Shown here one piece after another: positions 57,119-64,000 of a stretch of 64,000 nucleotides of DNA. The DNA is from Bacillota bacterium (GTDB taxonomy: Bacteria; Bacillota; UBA4882; UBA10575): assembly GCA_012837715.1 (NCBI GenBank), contig DUQR01000035.1, positions 10,301-74,300 on the forward strand, in the 5' to 3' direction. The position numbers were made by a program, and so were the translations under genes. Positions within the stretch are counted from its first letter, which is position 1. Every line of letters begins with the position of its first letter. A model generated the notes under the pieces. That model ran no database searches. It saw only the letters and a list, made by a program, of their open reading frames with translations, and was not told the DNA's origin.

Positions 57119-58924
57119 TTGTCCTCATGGATCCGTACCCATAATTGTGGCATGATTGGTCTACCGGAAGTCGGGACCACTGTTTCTTTGAACGGCTGGG
57201 TTAACCGTTACCGTAACCTCGGTGGACTTTTATTTATTGACCTTCGGGACCGGACTGGAATCGTCCAGGTTGTTTTTAATCCGGAACAGAACCGGGAACT
57301 CTTCAAAACCGCCGAAAGGATCAGGAATGAATATGTCTTGATGGTGAGAGGGCGGGTGGAAAAGCGGCCGGAAGCTACAATGAACCAGGAAATGGCTACC
57401 GGAGCGGTGGAAGTGCACGCGGAAGAACTGCTTATTATCAATTCGGCAAAAACACCCCCGATCTACGTGAATGAAGACGCAGCAGAAGAGGAGACCCTGC
57501 GTTTACGTTACCGGTATCTTGATTTGCGCCGTCCGGAGATGCAAAACAAAATTGCCCTCCGCCACCGGATCGTAAAACTAATCCGGGATTTCCTGGATGA
57601 AAAAGGTTTTTGGGAGATTGAGACCCCCATGTTAACCCGGAGTACACCGGAAGGGGCCCGTGATTTTTTGGTCCCAAGCCGGGTGAACCCGGGGAAATTT
57701 TACGCCCTCCCGCAATCGCCGCAGATTTTCAAACAATTATTGATGGTTAGTGGGGTAGAGAAATATTTCCAGATCGCCCGTTGTTTCCGGGATGAAGATC
57801 TACGGGCCGACCGTCAGCCCGAATTCACCCAGATCGATCTGGAACTCTCTTTTGTCGAACGGGAAATGATCCTCGCTTTAATGGAAGAGATGATGGTTAT
57901 TCTCCTTAAAGAAATAAAAGGCATTGAGCTTCACCGTCCTTTTCCCCGCCTGGAATACACCGCAGCAATGAACAGATACGGCAGTGATAAACCGGACACC
58001 CGGTTTGGCATGGAACTGGAAGATATCTCGGCTCTCGTGGCGGATAGTCAATTTGCGGTTTTTCGTAAGATTCTGGAGCAAGGAGGAAAAGTGGTTGCCT
58101 TTACCGCCCCGGGATGTGGCCATTATACCCGCCGGGAGCTTGACGCTTTGTCGCCGTTGGCTGCCAAATATGGCGCAAAAGGGGTCGCCTATTTTGCCCT
58201 GACGGAAGGGAAAGTAAAATCGCCGATTAGTAAGTTCTTCACCACGGAACAATTGGCAAAAATCACGGCTAAACTAGAAGCGAAAGACGGTGACTTAGTC
58301 CTTATTATTGCCGACCAGAATCCCAACCAGGCCTTGACCGCCCTTGGCGCTTTACGGTTAGAGTTTGGACGCCGCTTAAATTTGATCCGGGACGACCAGT
58401 ATAATTTGTTATGGGTCGTGAATTTTCCCCTCTTTGAATATGATCCCGTCGCGCAGCGCCTGGTCTCTGTCCACCACCCATTTACCGCGCCTCTACGCGA
58501 AGACGAGGATTTAATTGCAACCGATCCACTCAAGGTCCGTTCTAATTCCTATGATTTGGTATTGAACGGAACCGAACTGGGGGGCGGGAGTATCCGGATC
58601 CACCAGCCAAACCTCCAAGAAAAGATCTTTCAGACCCTGGGCTTAACCCCGGAGGTAATCAAGGATAAATTTGGCTTTTTACTGGAGGCGTTTGAGTATG
58701 GGACCCCTCCCCACGGGGGTATTGCCCTTGGTTTAGACCGTTTAGTAATGTTATTGACCGGAGCAGCCAGTCTTCGTGATGTGATCGCCTTTCCGAAGAC
58801 GACCAGTGCCACCTGTTTGATGACGATGGCTCCATCTGCTGTGAGTGAAGAACAACTGCAAGAGGCTCATTTGGTTACCAATTATAGGCAAAAAGAGTCC
58901 TCCAGCGAACCCTTGCACGAATAA
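57119..58924 (+). CDS. aspS: Aspartate--tRNA ligase
   Basis: OB-fold N-domain, [29 protein letters not shown] and GGGSIRIH motifs. AAGGAGG RBS with a TTG start. Confidence 0.95.
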   Translation: MSSWIRTHNCGMIGLPEVGTTVSLNGWVNRYRNLGGLLFIDLRDRTGIVQVVFNPEQNRELFKTAERIRNEYVLMVRGRVEKRPEATMNQEMATGAVEVHAEELLIINSAKTPPIYVNEDAAEEETLRLRYRYLDLRRPEMQNKIALRHRIVKLIRDFLDEKGFWEIETPMLTRSTPEGARDFLVPSRVNPGKFYALPQSPQIFKQLLMVSGVEKYFQIARCFRDEDLRADRQPEFTQIDLELSFVEREMILALMEEMMVILLKEIKGIELHRPFPRLEYTAAMNRYGSDKPDTRFGMELEDISALVADSQFAVFRKILEQGGKVVAFTAPGCGHYTRRELDALSPLAAKYGAKGVAYFALTEGKVKSPISKFFTTEQLAKITAKLEAKDGDLVLIIADQNPNQALTALGALRLEFGRRLNLIRDDQYNLLWVVNFPLFEYDPVAQRLVSVHHPFTAPLREDEDLIATDPLKVRSNSYDLVLNGTELGGGSIRIHQPNLQEKIFQTLGLTPEVIKDKFGFLLEAFEYGTPPHGGIALGLDRLVMLLTGAASLRDVIAFPKTTSATCLMTMAPSAVSEEQLQEAHLVTNYRQKESSSEPLHE

Positions 58925-58942
58925 GCTTTCCTATGGTATCAT
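58913..58942 (+). promoter_or_regulatory. Sigma-A promoter (extended -10) of candidate 6S RNA
   Basis: TTGCAC, 18-nt spacer, TGgTATCAT. The -35 lies inside the last codons of aspS. Confidence 0.6.
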
Positions 58943-58947
58943 CATAG

Positions 58948-59120
58948 TAGAGCGAAGGTAAACCCTGCTGTGCGCGTGACGAAGCTGATGTATTGAACCA
59001 ACACATTTACCTAGGGAGCTGTACTCTGGTTGTCGGCATGTAAGCCTTTCCAAGAGAAGGACACATAAAGCATCCGGGAGGCACCCACCTGTGAGAGCGG
59101 GTTCAGGTAATCTTCAGCCG
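58948..59120 (+). ncRNA. ssrS: Candidate 6S RNA (SsrS)
   Basis: About 170-nt non-coding transcript with its own promoter. The ends pair: 5' GAAGGTA/AACCC/GCT with 3' AGC/GGGTT/TAATCTTC. The 3' arm CACCTGTGAGAGCGGGTTCAGGTAATCTTCAGCC resembles the conserved 3' arm of E. coli 6S as I recall it (CACCUUGAACCAAGGGUUCAAGGGUUACAGCC). Its position downstream of aspS matches Bacillus 6S-1, and its position upstream of 5-formyl-THF cyclo-ligase matches the ssrS-ygfA synteny of proteobacteria. Confidence 0.6.
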
Positions 59121-59147
59121 TAAACGACATGGCGGGGTTTTATTACG

Positions 59148-59215
59148 GGTTTTTTCCGTTGTCCTTTGCTTTAACCATCCCCATCAATTATTATCTTGTA
59201 TAAACTTTTCTGGTC
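59148..59215 (-). repeat. Intergenic repeat family, copy G (3' half, inverted orientation)
   Basis: GGTTTTTTCCGTTGTCCTTTGCTTTAACCATCCCCATCAATTATTATC... is the reverse complement of ...TTAAAGCAAAGGACAACGGAAAAAACC. It lies between the candidate 6S RNA and the 5-FCL gene. Confidence 0.7.
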
Positions 59216-59266
59216 TGCAAGTCAGGGGAACCTGTTGGCAAAGGGGAAAGAGAACGGAGGTTCAAT

Positions 59267-59836
59267 ATGGAAATTGCCCAACAAAAAAAGGAACTCCGTA
59301 AAATGTGCCAGATTAAGCTGGAACAACTTCCGCTTACGGAAGTAAAGCGACGGAGCGAAATAATCTGTACATATGCGCTAACCTTACCGATCCTCCAAAA
59401 CAAACCAACGGTTGCCGCCTATGCTTCTATTCACCATGAAGTAAAGACCGATCGGCTCTTGGCTAGTCTTTTGGCCAAAGGTTTTTGTTTAACCCTTCCT
59501 GTCGTCCGGAAAGAAACCCGGACCATGGAGTTCCGGCAAGTCGACAGCATAAAAGCGTTAACCCCAGGCCCCTTTGGCATCTTGGAACCACAAACGGGCC
59601 GACTATGTCCCCCCGAGGAGATTGGAGTCTTCTTCATTCCGGGGTTAGCCTTTGACCGGCAGGGTAACCGTTTGGGGAAAGGCGGTGGGTATTACGACCG
59701 TTACCTGAAGACCGTTAAACATACCGCCGTCAAAGTTGGTTTAGCTTTTCAGCTCCAACTGATCGAAGCCCTCCCGGTTACGACTACTGATCTCAAGGTC
59801 GATTCCCTCATTACGGAGGAAGGTTTTATTTATTAA
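59267..59836 (+). CDS. 5-formyltetrahydrofolate cyclo-ligase
   Basis: About 189 aa with the GKGGGYYDRYL motif and a GGAGG RBS. Confidence 0.85.
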   Translation: MEIAQQKKELRKMCQIKLEQLPLTEVKRRSEIICTYALTLPILQNKPTVAAYASIHHEVKTDRLLASLLAKGFCLTLPVVRKETRTMEFRQVDSIKALTPGPFGILEPQTGRLCPPEEIGVFFIPGLAFDRQGNRLGKGGGYYDRYLKTVKHTAVKVGLAFQLQLIEALPVTTTDLKVDSLITEEGFIY

Positions 59837-60255
59837 CCTTGTTTGTTACTTTTAAAACCATTAAACAGGATGAATAACCCGACAACAATGAGAGCAACGG
59901 GAAGCAAATTGCGGCCCAATAGACGCCAGGGGAGGATTTCGCGCAAGAGAAAGATTAATCCGGCCACGATTAAGACCAGTCCGCCGAAGCGCCAGCGTTT
60001 ATCCAGTTCTTCCTGGTTTTCGGCCCTTTCGTCCAGATCAATTGTGGACTGGTCTTCGGCGCTTAACTCTGTGGGTCGTTCCGGAATAACAAACCAGGCC
60101 AGCAGATAAGCGATAAAACCTCCCCCCATAAAAAAAGTAATGAGCCATAATAGTCGGATCAAAGCTACATCAACCTCAAAATATTCGGCTAAACCACCGG
60201 CGACCCCGGCGATCATCCGTTCTTGCCGAGAACGGTACAAACGTCCACGTTTCAT
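59833..60255 (-). CDS. PspC-domain membrane protein
   Basis: LYRSRQERMIAGVAGGLAEYFEVDVALIRLLWLI matches the PspC domain, followed by TM helices. Confidence 0.8.
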   Translation of the reverse strand: MKRGRLYRSRQERMIAGVAGGLAEYFEVDVALIRLLWLITFFMGGGFIAYLLAWFVIPERPTELSAEDQSTIDLDERAENQEELDKRWRFGGLVLIVAGLIFLLREILPWRLLGRNLLPVALIVVGLFILFNGFKSNKQG

Positions 60256-60472
60256 CGGATCAACCTCCTTTATTTTGCGGCAGGTAATTGCTTTCCAAAG
60301 ATTATCTTACACGATGTTAAAGGGACAAGCAATCTTATGTTCGAAAATTTGACCAGGTAGTCCCCCACGCTGGCTACCGCCCGCACCACGAAGGGGTGAA
60401 TCTTTGCCGCCGGGTGAAGAAACTTGAGCTATTTTTGTAAGTTGGTAAAGGAGAAAAGAGGGGTGCCATACA

Positions 60473-63400
60473 ATGTTACAGATTATCCGTGATCCGGAAC
60501 TTTACCGGAATCCAGTGGCTTTTGTTAAAGACTGCATCGGGGTTGAATGGCGAAAGCCCGGTGCAAAAAAACCGGTTTTTCTTTTTCCTACCCAAACCCT
60601 CTTGGAATACTGGGAAGAACAGTTACTCCCGGCTTTCGGAAGTTGGGGTGGCGCCCGCTTTCTGTTGATGGATGCTTTAGTCCGGGATATATTAGCGGAA
60701 ACTCGTCCCGAATTAACCGAACTATCCCCCGGAAACAGTATTTTACTGTTACGTTTGGTCATTGATGACTTAGGCCGGGAAGGGAAAATCCCCTATCTAG
60801 CCCAAGCCTTTCCCGCTCCCGGTTTTTATGAAGATCTCCGTCAGGAGATTATTCTGCTGAAGCGGGCCGCGCTTGATCCCCCTGCTTTCGCCCAACTAGT
60901 GAAGGATGCCAACCAGCCGCTGCAAGAATTGGCTTTGGTTTTTGGCAAGTACCAAGAAACCTTAAAACACCATCATCTAGCCGATCCGGAAGAAAAAATA
61001 CGCCTGGCGACCATTGAGAGCCAAAAGGCGTTTTGTTGGCAGAAAATTGAACAGTTGTGGGTGATTGGTTTTACCGATTTCACTGCCCAACAGGAAGCCT
61101 TTTTAAAGCAAATCAGCAGCCTAATCTCAGTTAATATCGTTTTTGACCATCGGATCGCCGCCCATAAAGGCCTACCGCTTCCAACTATTCGCCACGGGCA
61201 AAAGAAAGCGGAAATTCGAAAACGGTATCCGCAGGAAGGAGTAAAGTCCGGCTCGACTTTGGCCTATCTCCAACAGGCGTTATGGGCGAAAGATCCTCTT
61301 CCCTCAGAGGTTAAGGCCGACACCAGTGTCAAATTACTCAAGATCAAAGGGGGGTACCGTTATGAGCTAGCGGCGATCGCTTGTGAGATCCAACGGTCCC
61401 TGGCAGCCGATCCCACCCTAACCCCCGATCAAATCGGGATCATTACCGCTTATCCGGTGGACAAGGTCTACCAAATCCTCTCCGCCACCGGCCTACCTTT
61501 GACCGTCCAAATTAGCACTCCTTTAGTGGATGAACCGGCTGCCCAAGCCTTGTTGCAGCCTTTCCGGGTGATCCTGGCCGACTTGGAATGGGCAGAGATG
61601 ATTAAATATCTCCGCTGGGGAGGGATTATCCCCGGTCCCAAACTCTACCAGATTGAACCAACGACTTCCTTGGCGGGATGGCAGGAAACCTTATCCAATC
61701 TTTATGCGGAGGAAGAAGAAAAAAAGAACCATGTTAAATCCTTGCTCGATTTATTAGCCCAGATCCCAACCACCGGAACCTATGAGCAATTTTTCCAATT
61801 AGGACTGGCCTGGTTGGATCAACCTTTTTTGTTAAACAACTTCCTTCCAGAGACAAAAACCGCCGAACCTTCGCTGCAAGCCCGGTTGCTCCAAACTTCC
61901 TTCCTGGGCAAACTGCGTAGGCTAATCCAAAAAAGCCTGGCCTTAGTCCCGACTCTCCCGGCCAAGGAGATCAGTCTTCATGAGTTCTATTTAATGCTCG
62001 AAGCCATCCTGACCCGGGAGCAATGTCCAAAACCGACCTCTTGGGCTAATGGAATCAGACTATTATCCCCCGCAGAAGCTCGGGGAGTCAATTTTCGCCT
62101 TACCTTTGTCGCCGGACTTAATGAAGGACTGATCCCTCATCTCTCCGTAGAGAGGTGGCTCTTGCGGGAAGAGACAATCCAAAACTGGCCAGCGGATAAC
62201 CTTTTTCCCACCAACCGCCAACAGTTGTTACGAGAACGCCTCCTCTTTTACTACACCATCAATACGGCCCGGGAAAAACTGATTCTTTCCTGTTGCCAGA
62301 GCAATGAAGAAGGAAAACCGGTTAACCCTTGCTCTTTTTGGAATGACCTGGAACGGCTGCTCCCGCCCGACTGCCTCATCCAAGCAGACGTCGAAAGCAA
62401 AGGGGAAGATCTGCTCCTTAACTTCCGACCGGCGGTAAGCAACGCCTTAAGCGATGAAATCCGCCAAAAAATCCAGACTGAACTGGCCCGGCGCCGAGAC
62501 GGCCGGAGCCGCAACGGACTTTTAGGGTCGCAGGAGGCCCGGCTGCTGCAAGCGAAGATAAGTGCGGCGCCGATGAGTATCTCCGCTTTAGAGGAGTACG
62601 CCTCCTGTCCCTTCAGCTATTTTTGTCGGCGGTGGTTGAAAGTAAAACCCCTCACCGAACCGGAGATCATTCCATCCCGGACCGAAGAGGGCAGTATTGC
62701 CCATTTGGTTTTAAGTAATTTTTTCCGCCGCTACCGGGGCAAAGTTTTAATCCGCAACGACTTCAGCAAATATACCAAAGAAATTCGGGATCTTGTAGAG
62801 CGCTACTATCCGCCAATCAAAGCCTCCTCCAGCGGGCTGCAAAAAAATTTCTTGGTTTTGGGCAAGGAGAACTTAACTACTACCTTAACCCGGATGCTGA
62901 AAGAAGAAATCGTATGGGGAGAGAAGACCGGAAGCCGTTTTACCCCCCGTTATTTAGAACTCGGTTTTGGGGGAGTGGAAAAAGAAGCGGACGGTGAATC
63001 GACCCCATACCCATTGGTGCTAACAACGGAGAACCAAACTCCGGACCAACCGGTGCTGCGACTTTGGGGAAAAATCGATCGGGTCGATACCGACGGAAGC
63101 GACAATTTTATTGTTTATGATTATAAAACAGGAAATGCGCCGGCCAAAGCGGAGATTATTAAAGGGAAATACCTGCAGCTTCCCCTTTATCTATTGGCGG
63201 TGAGCCGTCTTTTTCTTCCGGCGGGACAACCGGTGGGCGCTACATATTACAGTTTACGCCAGACCTATCGTTTACGGGGGATCTGGCGCCGGGAAGCCCT
63301 TGATTTCGGCATCAACATCAAAGGGGCTTGCGCGGAGGAAGAATGGAGCGTGGTTCTGGGTAACGCCGAACAGGTAGCGGTCAATCTTTTTGTCGGCATC

Positions 63401-63514
63401 CTCCGGGGTGAATTCCCTTTTGCCCCCCCGGGTGAATGCCCTCACTACTGTGAATATCGGTCCATCTGCCGACAACAAATCTGGGGGAGAGAAGGTGAAG
63501 AGCATGCTGAATGA
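60473..63514 (+). CDS. addB: Helicase-nuclease AddAB subunit B (PD-(D/E)XK nuclease with Fe-S cluster)
   Basis: 1013 aa. The C-terminal nuclease region has DYKTG, and four Cys (CPFSYFC ... CPHYCEYRSIC) are typical of the AddB Fe-S staple. It sits directly upstream of addA. Confidence 0.85.
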   Translation: MLQIIRDPELYRNPVAFVKDCIGVEWRKPGAKKPVFLFPTQTLLEYWEEQLLPAFGSWGGARFLLMDALVRDILAETRPELTELSPGNSILLLRLVIDDLGREGKIPYLAQAFPAPGFYEDLRQEIILLKRAALDPPAFAQLVKDANQPLQELALVFGKYQETLKHHHLADPEEKIRLATIESQKAFCWQKIEQLWVIGFTDFTAQQEAFLKQISSLISVNIVFDHRIAAHKGLPLPTIRHGQKKAEIRKRYPQEGVKSGSTLAYLQQALWAKDPLPSEVKADTSVKLLKIKGGYRYELAAIACEIQRSLAADPTLTPDQIGIITAYPVDKVYQILSATGLPLTVQISTPLVDEPAAQALLQPFRVILADLEWAEMIKYLRWGGIIPGPKLYQIEPTTSLAGWQETLSNLYAEEEEKKNHVKSLLDLLAQIPTTGTYEQFFQLGLAWLDQPFLLNNFLPETKTAEPSLQARLLQTSFLGKLRRLIQKSLALVPTLPAKEISLHEFYLMLEAILTREQCPKPTSWANGIRLLSPAEARGVNFRLTFVAGLNEGLIPHLSVERWLLREETIQNWPADNLFPTNRQQLLRERLLFYYTINTAREKLILSCCQSNEEGKPVNPCSFWNDLERLLPPDCLIQADVESKGEDLLLNFRPAVSNALSDEIRQKIQTELARRRDGRSRNGLLGSQEARLLQAKISAAPMSISALEEYASCPFSYFCRRWLKVKPLTEPEIIPSRTEEGSIAHLVLSNFFRRYRGKVLIRNDFSKYTKEIRDLVERYYPPIKASSSGLQKNFLVLGKENLTTTLTRMLKEEIVWGEKTGSRFTPRYLELGFGGVEKEADGESTPYPLVLTTENQTPDQPVLRLWGKIDRVDTDGSDNFIVYDYKTGNAPAKAEIIKGKYLQLPLYLLAVSRLFLPAGQPVGATYYSLRQTYRLRGIWRREALDFGINIKGACAEEEWSVVLGNAEQVAVNLFVGILRGEFPFAPPGECPHYCEYRSICRQQIWGREGEEHAE

Positions 63515-64000
63515 GGAACAAAAAAGGGCCGTTGAGGAGTTTTCCACAGATCTATTGGTCATGGCCGGCGCCGGTACGGGTAAAACTAGGGTCCTGACCC
63601 ATAAATATCTCCATTTACTAAAGGCTAAAATAGCCCAAGTACCCCAGATTGTCGCCGTCACTTTTACCAACAAAGCCGCCGATGAAATGCGCAGCCGCAT
63701 TAGGCAAGAGCTAGAAACGGCTTACTATAACAGCGATGGTCCGGAAGGGGAATATTGGTTGAGACAGTTGGAACTCTTGGAAGTTTCTGCCAAGATCACG
63801 ACCATTCATGGCCTTTGTTTTACCCTCTTAAAGCAACATCCGGTCGAGGCGGGCATCGCACCCCGGCTTGCGATCCTCAACGAAGGTGAGGAGTACCTCT
63901 TTAAGGCAAAAGCAGCGAAAAGGAGTTTAAGCAACCTACTGGCGGAAGATGTGACGGGCGCCAACCTTTCCGTGGTTCTCGCCTTGGGAACCAGGTTCTT
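63504..64000 (+). CDS. addA: Helicase-nuclease AddAB subunit A (UvrD-like helicase), 3' end cut by window edge
   Basis: This ORF is not in the supplied track; I read it manually. ATG at 63504 gives MLNEEQKRAVEEFSTDLLVMAGAGTGKTRVL...VTFTNKAADEM...TIHGLC with no stop to the window end. It overlaps addB by 11 nt. Confidence 0.8.
   Translation, partial: MLNEEQKRAVEEFSTDLLVMAGAGTGKTRVLTHKYLHLLKAKIAQVPQIVAVTFTNKAADEMRSRIRQELETAYYNSDGPEGEYWLRQLELLEVSAKITTIHGLCFTLLKQHPVEAGIAPRLAILNEGEEYLFKAKAAKRSLSNLLAEDVTGANLSVVLALGTRF

Noticed and set aside
59118-59157. Canonical intrinsic terminator for the candidate 6S RNA.
   Set aside because: Only a weak 6-bp stem (CCGTAA...TTACGG) with a 19-nt loop precedes the T-run, and that T-run is itself part of repeat copy G. 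The 3' end may instead be made by processing, so I did not call a terminator feature.

Overview
This window is a chromosomal segment from an endospore-forming Firmicute, Clostridia-like by gene content and moderate in GC. It is densely packed with about 59 CDS. I found no rRNA, tRNA, CRISPR array, transposase or integrase.

The backbone consists of conserved housekeeping and sporulation blocks:
- P-type ATPase, ytfI/ytfJ, spoIVFA-spoIVFB
- radical-SAM/DUF2344, rng, rplU-prp-rpmA-obg
- proBA-nadD-(RRM protein)-yqeK-rsfS, leuS
- spoIVB-spo0A, a steA-like four-gene envelope module, nfo-dinG
- M16 peptidase-dut, PDZ-radical SAM-der-plsY-gpsA, spoIVA, hup, lepB, hemZ-like, PPIase
- hisS-aspS, 5-FCL, pspC, addB-addA

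A visibly more AT-rich insert at about 32.9-41.0 kb carries potABCD with an XRE/cupin regulator, a small membrane protein, a 0.5-kb non-coding gap, a GntR regulator and an SH3b-GH18 hydrolase.

RNA and regulatory elements supported by sequence:
- a leuS T-box with a CUC specifier
- a candidate 6S RNA between aspS and the 5-formyl-THF cyclo-ligase gene
- an L21-leader-like 5'UTR
- several near-consensus sigma-A promoters, a sigma-H-type spo0A promoter, and multiple intrinsic terminators

The most unusual signal is a dispersed intergenic repeat family. It has at least 7 clear copies of 60-120 nt with 12-nt terminal inverted repeats (GCTTTTTGCGTT ... AACGCAAAAAGC). Copies sit in intergenic regions, often fused to the ribosome-binding region of the downstream gene. 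Two inverted copies bracket the most AT-rich 3.5-kb part of the accessory insert.

All functional calls come from motif and synteny recognition by eye. No database search was run.
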